Of a stretch of DNA of 64,000 nt, positions 38,393 to 48,600 are shown one piece after another. Numbering within the stretch: position 1 is the stretch's first letter; every line of letters begins with the position of its first letter. The DNA comes from an uncultured Desulfatitalea sp. (GTDB taxonomy: Bacteria; Desulfobacterota; Desulfobacteria; Desulfobacterales; Desulfosarcinaceae): the NCBI GenBank assembly GCA_963668675.2, contig CAXXMB010000002.1:2752001-2816000 (forward strand), written 5' to 3'. The position numbers were made by a program, and so were the translations under genes. The notes under the pieces are model-generated. The model saw only the letters and a list, made by a program, of their open reading frames with translations. It was not told the origin of the DNA and did not search any database.

Positions 38393-38432
38393 TACTCGCA
38401 CCTGATCAAAAGGCCATTTAGCGAGGTGTTCA

Positions 38433-38732
38433 ATGAGCGAAAAACGACAACGCAGGGACTTTACCGACGACTTTAAAAACGATGCGGTAAAACTGGTAAT
38501 CGAACAAGGCTATAACTGCAGCGAAGTCGGTCGCCGTTTAGGGATCAATCACACCAACGTATCGCGTTGGGTCAGACAGCATCGAGCCGAAAAGGAAAAC
38601 AAAACCGAAGCAGGATCGTCTCAGGAACTGCAGGCCGAGGTTAAGCAACTGCGTAAAGAGAACAAACGCCTTTTAATGGAGCGTGACATCTTAAAAAAGG
38701 CGGCGGCCTTCTTTGCAAACGAACCCAAGTAA
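38433..38732 (+). CDS. IS3 transposase OrfA (HTH)
   Basis: RRDFTDDFKNDAVKL...ERDILKKAAAFFA; slippery AAAAAAG at 38693-38699. Confidence 0.95.
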   Translation: MSEKRQRRDFTDDFKNDAVKLVIEQGYNCSEVGRRLGINHTNVSRWVRQHRAEKENKTEAGSSQELQAEVKQLRKENKRLLMERDILKKAAAFFANEPK

Positions 38733-39601
38733 GATTTGAGTTCATCCGGCAGCAAATGAAGGCCTATCCCGTCACCTTACTGTGTTCGGTGATGCGGGTT
38801 AGCCGGAGCGGGTTTTATGACTATCTGGATCGATATACCCCTGGTGGCGATCATCGCCCCGAAGAAACAGGCCTAAGGGGCCGGATAAAGGAAATCTTCG
38901 ATCAATCCAGATCCAGTTATGGATCCCGCAGAATCGTCAAACAGCTTCAGGCTGAAGACCAGGAAATTGGACGATATAAGGTACGGCGAATCATGCGACA
39001 AGTAGGACTTAAAGCGAAAACCCCCAAACGGTTCAAGTTGACAACCAACAGTCGACACTCATTTGCGGTAGCCCCTAATGTGCTTGATCGCAACTTTGAT
39101 GTAGATACCCCCAACAAGGTCTGGACGGCCGATATCAGTTACGTGTGGACTTTTGAAGGCTGGTTGTACCTGGCCATCATCATGGATTTGTATTCTCGCC
39201 AAATTGTTGGCTGGGCCATGGACAAACGAATGAAAAAGGAGCTGGCGCTCAGCGCCTTATCCATGGCCTACTGGCAAAGAAAACCAGCCCAAGGGCTGAT
39301 GCACCATTCGGACCGTGGAAGCCAGTACGCATGCAATGAGTACCGGGATCGGCTTGAAACCTATGGCATGATCTCGTCGATGAGCCGTAAGGGCAACTGC
39401 TGGGACAATGCTCCGACAGAACGCTTCTTTCGTTCCCTTAAATCAGAACGGCTGACGGCATGTCGGTTTTTTACCCGCAATGATGCCAAAAACGAAATAC
39501 TGGACTACATCACATACTACAATAGTATTCGACTTCATTCTACTTTGGGGTATTTATCCCCGATGGATTATGAGAAAGAGCAGTACTTAAAAGTTGCTTA
39601 A
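38693..39601 (+). CDS. IS3 transposase OrfB (DDE), expressed as OrfAB via -1 frameshift
   Basis: WTADISY, HHSDRGSQY, CWDNAPTERFF; the -1 frame is open from the A6G motif. Confidence 0.93.
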   Translation, partial: KKGGGLLCKRTQVRFEFIRQQMKAYPVTLLCSVMRVSRSGFYDYLDRYTPGGDHRPEETGLRGRIKEIFDQSRSSYGSRRIVKQLQAEDQEIGRYKVRRIMRQVGLKAKTPKRFKLTTNSRHSFAVAPNVLDRNFDVDTPNKVWTADISYVWTFEGWLYLAIIMDLYSRQIVGWAMDKRMKKELALSALSMAYWQRKPAQGLMHHSDRGSQYACNEYRDRLETYGMISSMSRKGNCWDNAPTERFFRSLKSERLTACRFFTRNDAKNEILDYITYYNSIRLHSTLGYLSPMDYEKEQYLKVA

Positions 39602-40291
39602 TTTTGTGTCCGTTTTTTGTTGACCATTACACCATGTGCTTTCGGGCGGTGAACGCAATCGGCTGATGTTGGCTAAACTCTTCACCCAACCGGCCAACCT
39701 TCTCGTCCTGGACGAACCCACCAACGATTTGGATGCCGAAACGCTGGAACTGCTCGAAGAGTTGCTGCTCAACTTTGAAGGCACCCTCTTGCTGGTCAGT
39801 CATGACCGCGCCTTCTTGAACAACGTGGTGACCAGCACCATGGTATTTGAAGGCGGAGGCAGGGTGGTCGAGTATGCAGGCGGTTACGACGATTGGCTCC
39901 TGCAGCGTCCACAGCCGGTTGAACCCCCTAAAGCCGAACAGAAGAAAGAGGCGTCCCCACGGGCGCCGGCGGCCTCGAAACCCAAACGGCTCACCTTCAA
40001 TGAGGCCCGTGAACTCAAGGCCCTGCCCGAAAAAATCGAGGCTCTGGAGAGTGAGCAAGCAGATCTGCACACCATGATGGCCGATTCCGAATACTACAAG
40101 CGGGGCAAGCAGGCGATCGTCACCCATACGAAACGCCTTGAGCAGATCGAAACCGCCATTGCCGAAGCCTATGCGCGCTGGGAGAGCTTGGAGGCGGTGG
40201 GGAAGTAAACCGGGCAGCCTGCTAAAGATTCCGGCGTCGAAGACGCGATAGAAAAGGTCTTCTTTACAGCCATCTGCGCCGGACTTCCGTT

Positions 40292-40702
40292 TTACTCTCT
40301 TCTGCTCATCAGTTCGAAGATCCCGCCCCCCGGTCCGCCGCCATCCAGATAGGCAAAGCGGCCCGGGTCATGAATCAGGACATGGGCGCCCTCTTTCACA
40401 AGCTCAGCCACTTCGGCATCGACATCATCCACGAAAAAACCGATATGGTGGACACCCTCCCCCCACTTATCGATAAACTTGGATTGAAATATCCGGCCCT
40501 CCACACACTGAACCAGTTCGATCTCCATGGGGCCCACATAGGCAAACGCCATGCGTATCTTCCAGGGCCGGCCCTTGACATCCTGACCGCCGTTTTCCAT
40601 GTATTTCCAAGGGCCAAGGCCGTAAAGCCGCGACCAGGCCTCGGTCACCTTGTCAATGTCCGATACGGCATAACTGATATGGTCGATCGATTTAAGTTTC
40701 AT
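40292..40702 (-). CDS. VOC family protein (methylmalonyl-CoA epimerase-like)
   Basis: IDHISYAV, EIELVQ, GEGVHHIGF, IFEL. Confidence 0.88.
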   Translation of the reverse strand: MKLKSIDHISYAVSDIDKVTEAWSRLYGLGPWKYMENGGQDVKGRPWKIRMAFAYVGPMEIELVQCVEGRIFQSKFIDKWGEGVHHIGFFVDDVDAEVAELVKEGAHVLIHDPGRFAYLDGGGPGGGIFELMSRRE

Positions 40703-40727
40703 AGACTTCCTCCAATGGATAGCGCTG

Positions 40728-41516
40728 CTATTTTTTCTCAAGCCAGGCCGGTTCGTTGTGAACCCGGCCGCCGTCGATCACGATGGTTTCACCGGTCACG
40801 TAGCTTCCCGCCTGGGAAGCCAGGAACACGACGATCCCCGCCAGCTCATCCGGCTCGCCGAGACGAAGCATGGGGATTTGAGAGACGGCTTTGGCATTGA
40901 CCTTCGGATCTTTCCACAACGCTTCGCTGAGACGGGTTTTGATGATCCCCGGGGCGATGGCGTTAACCCGGATATTGTGCTGCCCCCACTCCTTGGCCAT
41001 CACCTGGGTCAGCATAATGACGGCCGCCTTGCTAACGCAGTAGACGCCCAAATCCCCAGCGCGTATGCCACCGATCGATGATGTGTTGATGATCGAGCCG
41101 CCGCCCTGCTTTTTCATGATCTTCGCTGTCATCTGGCTCAGGAAAAAGATACTCTTCAGATTGACGTTCATCGTGATGTCATAGGTTTTCTCGTCCTGGT
41201 CCATCATCGATCCATAATAAGGATTGGTGCCGGCATTGTTGACGAGAATATCGAGGCGTCCGAACTCTTTCATCACCTGATCGATCAGGGACCTGGTATC
41301 CTCCATTTTGCCGACATGGGCTGCAATGGATCTTCCTTTCACGCCCTTGGCCGATATCTCCGCGGCCACAGGTTCGAGCCCATCGATTTTTCGACTGCTC
41401 ACCACAACATGGGCGCCGGCATCTGCCATGGCCAGAGCGGCGGACCGTCCGATGCCACGACTGCCACCGGTGACGACAGCGACTTTACCCTCAAGAGAAA
41501 ACCGAGATAGATCCAT
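40728..41516 (-). CDS. Short-chain dehydrogenase/reductase
   Basis: TGGSRGIG, NNAG, YCVSK. Confidence 0.95.
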   Translation of the reverse strand: MDLSRFSLEGKVAVVTGGSRGIGRSAALAMADAGAHVVVSSRKIDGLEPVAAEISAKGVKGRSIAAHVGKMEDTRSLIDQVMKEFGRLDILVNNAGTNPYYGSMMDQDEKTYDITMNVNLKSIFFLSQMTAKIMKKQGGGSIINTSSIGGIRAGDLGVYCVSKAAVIMLTQVMAKEWGQHNIRVNAIAPGIIKTRLSEALWKDPKVNAKAVSQIPMLRLGEPDELAGIVVFLASQAGSYVTGETIVIDGGRVHNEPAWLEKK

Positions 41517-41795
41517 CCTTCACTCCTTTCGTCAATCTGTTTTTATTCAAAGCAACTCTGTGTATAGCACATACAGAAATATCGGTCACAAGCTTTCCGA
41601 CGATGGTGTGATCGACTCCAGTTCTGCGCCACCTGAAACAGTGAAAAAAGTGGCACAGGGCATCCCTTCTATGATATTCAGCTGGTTTGGAAGCCCGCCC
41701 ATGCAAAAAAGCACGCGAGAATCCCTGCGGCTTTTTTCAAAAGGGACTGGCCAAAGCTGATGACATGATTGGTTCTAACAAAGAAGGAGCGTATC

Positions 41796-42569
41796 GTGAG
41801 TTTAAAGCAATTGATGGATCTATCGGGGAAGGTCGCCCTTGTCACAGGCGGATCGAGAGGACTTGGTCTTCAGATGTCCGAGGCACTGGGTGAATTGGGG
41901 GCCAAAGTGGCCATTACCGCCCGCAAACAGCATGAGCTGGATGCGGCCGTCGAGCAGCTGTCGTCCCAAGGCATCGACGTGATGGCTTGCTCCACCGACC
42001 TCTCTAAACATGAAACACTCCAAGGCCTTGTCGATAGCGTTGTGGAACGGTTCGGCAATATCGACATTCTGGTCAACAATGCCGGCGCCACCTGGGGGGC
42101 ACCTGCCGAAGACCATCCGGCCGATGCCTGGCACAAAGTGCTCAACCTCAACGTCAACGCACTTTTTTTTCTAACTCAAATTGTCGGAAAACAGTGCATG
42201 ATTCCAAATAGATCCGGTAAAATCATCAACACCGCATCGGTCGCCGGACTGATGGGCAACCCCCCGGGTATGGATACGATCGCCTACAACACCAGCAAGG
42301 GCGCTGTTGTCAACTTCACACGGGCACTGGCCGCGGAGTGGGGAAAGTACAATATCACTGTCAATGCCATATGTCCCGGCGTCTTCCCATCCAAAATGGC
42401 TAAGATCCTGGTCGATACCATGAGCGACATGATCCTCGCCACAACGCCGTTGGGCCGGATCGGAGGCCCGGAAGACCTAAAGGGGTTAGTGGCCCTTTTT
42501 GCATCGGATGCCTCCAGGCATATCACCGGGCAGTGGGTAGCGGTTGACGGCGGTGCGTCGGTGATATGA
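41796..42569 (+). CDS. Short-chain dehydrogenase/reductase (gluconate 5-dehydrogenase-like)
   Basis: TGGSRGLG, NNAG, YNTSK; GTG start after AAGGAG. Confidence 0.92.
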   Translation: MSLKQLMDLSGKVALVTGGSRGLGLQMSEALGELGAKVAITARKQHELDAAVEQLSSQGIDVMACSTDLSKHETLQGLVDSVVERFGNIDILVNNAGATWGAPAEDHPADAWHKVLNLNVNALFFLTQIVGKQCMIPNRSGKIINTASVAGLMGNPPGMDTIAYNTSKGAVVNFTRALAAEWGKYNITVNAICPGVFPSKMAKILVDTMSDMILATTPLGRIGGPEDLKGLVALFASDASRHITGQWVAVDGGASVI

Positions 42570-42644
42570 GACCGGTTCTGAAAATGAAGAAGCACTGTCC
42601 TCGCATTCTGTTCTGATCTAAAATTTCCAAGGAAGGTGTAGACC

Positions 42645-44246
42645 ATGAGGAACCCAAGCGGTGGGAATCCAGTCAACAGTGATGCCATTCGACCTGAACT
42701 TGCCGAGTTGATCGAGCGAACCGCGTTAGGCCTTGATGAAAACAGGCCTCAGGCGGTTGTTAAAAGAAAGCAAAAAAACCAGCGGACCACCCGCGCCAAT
42801 CTGGACGCCTTTTGTGATCCCGGAAGTTTTATCGAATATGGGGCCTTGGCAATTGCCGCGCAGCGCGTTCGCAGAAAAGAAGAGGAGCTGAGAGTCAAGA
42901 CGCCGGCCGATGGCCTTATCGCAGGGATCGCGTCGGTCAATGGGGAGCTGTTTGGAGAAGAGAATGCCCGCTGCCTGATATTGGCATACGACTATACGGT
43001 GCTGGCCGGCACACAAGGTTACTTCAGCCATAAAAAGATGGACCGTATGTTGAAGCTGGCCCATGAACAGGAGATTCCGCTGGTGCTGTTTGCCGAGGGT
43101 GGCGGCGGAAGACCCGGCGATGTCGATGCCGGGGGCGTTACCATCGCAGGCCTGGATATCTCCACCTTCGCCCTGTTCGGCGGATTCAGCGGCAAAGCCC
43201 CCCTGGTTGGCATTGTATCCGGACCGTGCTTTGCCGGCAACGCCGCCCTTTTGGGGTGTTGTGACGTGATTATCGCCGCTAAAAATTCCAACATCGGGAT
43301 GGGCGGGCCGGTGATGATCGAAGGCGGCGGACTGGGCGTATTCAAACCGGAAGAGGTAGGGCCTATGGATGTCCAGGTCAACAATGGCGTTGTGGATATC
43401 GCAGTTGAAGATGATGTCGAAGCCGTTGCCGTGGCCAAAAAGTATCTCTCCTATTTCCAGGGCGCGATCACCGATTGGCAGGCCCCGGACCCGTTGGCAT
43501 TGCGCGACGTCATTCCGGAAAACCGCCGCCGCACCTACGACATGAAACGGGTCATCAACGGTATCGCTGATGTCGGTTCATTTCTGCAGCTTCGCCCCGA
43601 ATATGGAGTGGGCATGATCAACGGATTCATTCGTATCGAAGGTAAGCCGTTCGGCGTGATCGCCAACAACTGCCAATACATGGCCGGTGCCATCGAAGCA
43701 GATGATGCCGACAATGCGGCCCGCCTGATGCAGCTGTGCAATGTCCACGGTATTCCGATCCTGAGCCTGATCGACACCCCTGGATTCATGGTCGGCCCGG
43801 AGATCGAGACGCGCGCCCAGGTGCGCCACGTATGCCGTATGTTCGTACTCGGGTCGCATGTGTCAGTACCATACTTCTCGGTCGTCACCCGCAGAGGTTA
43901 CGGCCTCGGTGCAATGGCCATGGCAAAAGGTGGTTTCCACGAATCCGCATTTACGGCTTCGTGGCCCACCGGTGAGTTCGGCGGTATGGGGCTCGAAGGC
44001 GCCGTCAAAGCCGGCTTTAAAAAAGAACTTGCAGCCCAAAAGGACCCCGAAGCGAGGGAGGCCCTCTACAACAAACTGCTCAGCCAGCTTTATGAGCGCG
44101 GCAAAGCGGTCAATATGGCATCCTACCTGGAGATCGACGCGGTCATTGACCCGGCCGATACGCGTAAATGGATCATCAAGGGACTGATGTCGTCACCCAA
44201 CAGATGCGCTAAGGAAGCAAATCTGCCCTACATCGATCCGGTTTAG
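42645..44246 (+). CDS. Acyl-CoA carboxylase carboxyltransferase subunit
   Basis: YDYTVLAGTQG, EGGGGRPGD, GPCFAGNA, DTPGFMVG. Confidence 0.92.
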   Translation: MRNPSGGNPVNSDAIRPELAELIERTALGLDENRPQAVVKRKQKNQRTTRANLDAFCDPGSFIEYGALAIAAQRVRRKEEELRVKTPADGLIAGIASVNGELFGEENARCLILAYDYTVLAGTQGYFSHKKMDRMLKLAHEQEIPLVLFAEGGGGRPGDVDAGGVTIAGLDISTFALFGGFSGKAPLVGIVSGPCFAGNAALLGCCDVIIAAKNSNIGMGGPVMIEGGGLGVFKPEEVGPMDVQVNNGVVDIAVEDDVEAVAVAKKYLSYFQGAITDWQAPDPLALRDVIPENRRRTYDMKRVINGIADVGSFLQLRPEYGVGMINGFIRIEGKPFGVIANNCQYMAGAIEADDADNAARLMQLCNVHGIPILSLIDTPGFMVGPEIETRAQVRHVCRMFVLGSHVSVPYFSVVTRRGYGLGAMAMAKGGFHESAFTASWPTGEFGGMGLEGAVKAGFKKELAAQKDPEAREALYNKLLSQLYERGKAVNMASYLEIDAVIDPADTRKWIIKGLMSSPNRCAKEANLPYIDPV

Positions 44247-44289
44247 TGGCATACTGCGGCGATCCGGTTATTCTTCATTTTGAACATCA

Positions 44290-44323
44290 AAAGGGCAGAG
44301 CCTCATGCGAGGCCCTGCCCTTT
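44290..44323. terminator. Probable bidirectional intrinsic terminator
   Basis: AAAGGGCAGAGCCTC-atgc-GAGGCCCTGCCCTTT between convergent genes. Confidence 0.75.
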
Positions 44324-44390
44324 GTGCCGTTTAGTTTATATATCGCTATGTTTGCCCTAAGCGATGAAGCTCTGCCGTTGCTCAATCGTG

Positions 44391-44483
44391 CTACAGTCTG
44401 CAGCTTGCAGTTGCCAAGCGGTCGTTGATGCACTGATTGATGAAGTATCCAATAACACCTATCGTCAACATGATACCGATCAT
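44391..44483 (-). CDS. Putative 30-aa single-TM microprotein
   Basis: GAAAGGAGG 7 nt before ATG; MIGIMLTIGVIGYFINQCINDRLATASCRL. Confidence 0.55.
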   Translation of the reverse strand: MIGIMLTIGVIGYFINQCINDRLATASCRL

Positions 44484-44501
44484 AACGCACCCTCCTTTCG
44501 C

Positions 44502-44636
44502 CTATCCCTGGACGTCGATCCCCAGATCACAGCCCAGATGCTCATCAGGGTTTCCGCAGCTGAAATTGGCTTCGCGGGTATCTACGTGTCCTTCGCTGGT
44601 CTCGTCAAAGTAGTCTTGAGTTTTATTTTCCGCCAT
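44502..44636 (-). CDS. Putative 44-aa acidic Cys/His microprotein
   Basis: GAGGTGA RBS; MAENKTQDYFDETSEGHVDTREANFSCGNPDEHLGCDLGIDVQG. Confidence 0.6.
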   Translation of the reverse strand: MAENKTQDYFDETSEGHVDTREANFSCGNPDEHLGCDLGIDVQG

Positions 44637-44850
44637 GATGTCACCTCACTGGTTGAATGTTGGGTTGATGCAGAACGTTGTCTGTCTGTTAAATATAAGT
44701 TACGGCATCATGGGGAATGTACAATATGGATCGATTGATCGTTTATTGACAGGCAAAACCTACCAATATGGGAGAGGAGAGGGGCAGGGGTACACCGTAC
44801 GGGCAATCAAATGCAGACCCGCCCTTTTTGCTTGTGCTAACGGGTGCTCT

Positions 44851-45504
44851 CTATCCCTGGAAAATCTTAAGGAAATCATCGGCCTCTTTGATTGAATGTC
44901 CGATATCGCGAATCAACCGATCGATATCGGCTTCGATGCTGTCTACTTCTCCTTTCAGACTGCCGATGGCCTGGGCATTCAAGTTGTGCTTCAGATAGAG
45001 CACATAGTCATTCTGGGTAGTCAATATCGGCGTCATGCGCGCCCTGGCGGTGTTCATGGCCCTGTCCAGGCGTGCAAACCTTGCCTTGGTCGCCTTGAGC
45101 TTTTGATGGCTTTTGGTTCTAAACTCACGCTTCTGAATTTGTTCGATTTCACTTTCCCATTCGGTGAAAAGATCCTGTGCAACCCGCTCCACCTTTTTTA
45201 TCCTCTCTTCTAACTGCCCCGCACGCTCTTGGCAGTTTCCAAAATCATCGGAGAGCCGATTGTAAGCCTTTTCAAGATCTCCACCCTCAAATCCGTTGAA
45301 CTCTTTCAGGCGCGTCAGAGCATCCTTAAACGCTTCGGACGCTTCTATCTGATCGTCGCGTGCGTTTTCGATCTGGTCCTTCAACAGATGCCTTTTCTCC
45401 TTGCCCAGCTTTTCCCAGACAGCATAGTAGGTCGATTGGCATCCCGCCAGCGAGACCAAGATGGCCACTAAAAGCAAACAGCAAAACAGGTTTCGATTTT
45501 TCAT
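44851..45504 (-). CDS. DUF2959 family lipoprotein
   Basis: LAGCQSTYYAVWEKLG, VLYLKHNLNAQAI. Confidence 0.88.
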   Translation of the reverse strand: MKNRNLFCCLLLVAILVSLAGCQSTYYAVWEKLGKEKRHLLKDQIENARDDQIEASEAFKDALTRLKEFNGFEGGDLEKAYNRLSDDFGNCQERAGQLEERIKKVERVAQDLFTEWESEIEQIQKREFRTKSHQKLKATKARFARLDRAMNTARARMTPILTTQNDYVLYLKHNLNAQAIGSLKGEVDSIEADIDRLIRDIGHSIKEADDFLKIFQG

Positions 45505-45656
45505 CTTAAATGCCTCGTGGTATTCAAATTGGTAGCCCAACAATGATTGCCCTTGTATCTTCATCAGTAGATTTTTTCAACAACTACGCCACACCTTGCG
45601 GCCAAGTCAACACAAAGCCTGGTTATTCTCTTTGTTATCCGATTCCAAACCTCCTG

Positions 45657-48600
45657 TTAACCCGTATCGTAGTCGTTGAGGCAGTAGTAACATCCATTAT
45701 AGCCTTGGCGAATAGCTTCCTCGATAGAGCTGAAGCTTACTTTATTGTGATTGGCCATCAGATCCACCCATTCGCAATCCTTAAGGTGCAGCTCTTTGGT
45801 ACGGGAATTGCCGATATAAGCGCGCGTATCAATAGCGTAGACCCAACCGTCTCGGGCGCCGGCCATCAGATCGTTCCCAATCATTGTCAGGCACGTCACG
45901 GCGCCTAGCGTTTCTCGAAACCAACGCGTATTTCCGGTAGCCGGGTCAAGCGCGAAGACACCATGCCATGAGCCGACATATAAGGTTTCTGTGCCTTCGG
46001 CCAGAATACATTCGATTCGATCCCCAATGTCTCTTTGCCAATCGATAGCGCCGCTGGTTCTGTCGTAACGAAAGAGTTGACCGTCTCCCAAGCCGACAAA
46101 TAGGGTATCACCATATGAGACCAGTGAAATCGCTGATGCACTCATACCAGTGACTTTCCATATTTGATTGCCGTTTTCGTCAGTGGCGTGAAGTTCACGA
46201 TTGCGGCTGGCGGCGAATACCTTGCCGTCCTGGGACACACACATGGCAACGATGCCCCACTCCCAAGAAGGACCCACCTCATACGCCCAATTTGTGTTGC
46301 CGTTGGTTTTTTGCAATCGTGTCACTTTGATACCGTTGTCGGTGGTGGTGGCGTAGAGATAGTCGCCATGCAGCTTGACGTAGTTGCAGGTGCCGAGGTC
46401 ACTGCGGTCCCAATACGATGCACCGGTTTCGGTGTGTACACTATGAACGCCAACATCTCGCATGCCGGCATAAGCGATATTGGCGTTGAGGTCCCAATCG
46501 ATGCTGAAAACCTCTTCGGGCAATGTCCAGCTGCGCAGCTCTGTGCCTTGTCGATTGTACAATATAAGGTTTTTACTTCCTTTTGTGCGCACTCCTGCTA
46601 GTACACGGCCATTCGCATCCGCAGTCAGATCCTGAATGGTGCCGCCGTGGGAGTGAAACCAATCTGGGTTGTAGGCGTCTGTCTTGAAGGCAATGAGTGC
46701 ATTGCTGGCCGAGGCACAGAAGGAACTGGCCGACATTTTCACGATATCGTAAACATAGCCCCGGGAAATCCTGTATTTCCAAGGTGACACGGGCTCAGAT
46801 ACCTTTTGTGCTTCTCCAATGTAAGGCACGAAATTTTCACTGGTGACAACGATATTCAATTTTCCCGGGTGCGCCTCGCGTGTCTCGAAGGCATAGTAAC
46901 CGCTGGTGGCCCAGACTTGGCGGAAAACGATTTTATCGTTCGGATCGCTGTCGGAAATCTGAGTGATGCTGACATGAACATTGGTCAGCGCTTTCTGTTC
47001 ATGAAAGACGCGCACCACCAAATCGTCACGGCCGTAGACGATACTGCAATGGGAGACCGTCATCATTTCAGGTGTCTCACGGTAGAGCGGCAATTCCGGA
47101 TCACCCATCAGACTCATGAGATAGATCTGCCATTTTCCTACCAGATCCTTGCCAACTTCTCGGGCATGATCCAGCATACTGCCGAGATGTGCCTGGCCAG
47201 GTAAGGATAGCGCCTCCCAAAATGGGAGCTCTTGGCTCCAGCCCACGGCGCCCATCCGCGCGTAACCGACATAACCGATGGCACCGCCCCCACCCCAGCG
47301 CACGACTTTTTTCCCAAAACAGACTTCATGAGGTTTACCGGCCTGGGCACCGCCAATGCGATTATAGTCCGTCCACAAATCCAGATCGAATTCGTTGGTC
47401 AAGCAGGAATCAACAAAATAGATAGAGAAGTGCGGCCAATTGTTCATGCCGGCGACGTTCACCCAATTGGGATCGGTGGAACTGAAACCAGCGGTACCGT
47501 CCCACCAACCGTGGCCGCTCACACTGAGGAAATGGGGACCTTCATTGACGGCGCTTTTCAAATCGGCAATGTGGGCAACGTCATTGACCGATAGATTGGA
47601 TTCAATCTGGTTCACGAAGTAGATGTCTTCGTAAAAACGTTTGATGACGTCCACTTCGGTAATATCGCGCATCAGATCGATAACGTTCTCCTTGTCCTGA
47701 CAGGCACCGTCGAGATTGGCCCATCGAATCTTATCAAAACTGCCGTCGTGCCAACCCGAGCCCCAGGTGCCTGCTACACAGAATAGCCGTCGTGGCTGAA
47801 TAAATGCCAAGGGGTTATCGGTGCGTCGATCGCGGAACTGTTCATAAGTGAGCACTTTGTCGACATAATCCTTGGCTTGCTGCCTGTCGCGAACCGGGGC
47901 GCGGCCCACAGAGATGTCGGCAGTGAAATCGATGCCGTCGGGATTGCCGCCGTCCCACCAGCCGTAGAAACCGTTGTCATCATTGTCCCAATCGTGAAGA
48001 CCCGTCTGTGAGTATAGCGGGCTGTCGATAGAAGCGTAATAGAGATCCGTGGGGATCATATTGGCATACTGTGGCACGGTGAAGGTGCATGATAACAGGG
48101 CGCTGCCGCCACGAATAGTGATATGACGTGTGGGATTGACAGACGTGGTGGTAAAATCCGCCAGGGTCCAATACCAGCCTGGATTGGATGTAGTGGCATT
48201 GGCGCGGTACCGGATGACATCGGTGTTATCGACGGCGAAGAACACATCGGCCGTGGAAAATTCAAAGGGGCTGTGATAGCGGAGACTCGGCATGCCGCTG
48301 TCGTAATACATTTTGTTTTCATCCGGTGTGGCGTTATTTTTTTTCTCTATGTAGAACCAGTTGATGTTGCCCAGTATATGACGTACCGGCACGATATTGA
48401 TATCACCGCCGAGCAGGCACCACTGTGTATTCCATCGCCGCAGCGCATCTTTCAGAAAATTGCGGATCGCTTCCGGCACGCCCCGGGTAACACCTGTTTG
48501 CCAGTGACTGCCGAAACGATTGGCCATGATATCGGAAACAGTGATGACCCTGGCGCGCAATCCTTTCATGGTTTTCCAGCGGGCAAGCTCTTCAAATTCT

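Larger units (their letters stand above)
38194..39631 (+). mobile_element. IS3-family insertion sequence (about 1438 bp)
   Basis: Imperfect IRs TAATGTGGTTCAATAAAATCGGACAC and (reverse complement) TGTAATGGTCAACAAAAAACGGACAC; target duplication CCA (CCAT if the left end is 38195); orfA/orfB present. Confidence 0.95.
36878..40208 (+). pseudogene. uup: ABC-F ATPase Uup interrupted by an IS3-family element (parts 36878-38193 and 39635-40208)
   Basis: GRNGVGKST, LDEPTNH, GIKARRTRNEGRV. Removing the IS restores ...RTPVHVLSGGERNR... and a 629-aa ORF. Confidence 0.92.

Noticed and set aside
38288..38476. 62-aa ORF in the IS leader
   Set aside because: Runs through the palindrome and has no recognisable features.
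41651..41666. TGGCAC as a sigma54 -24 box
   Set aside because: No GC at the -12 position.
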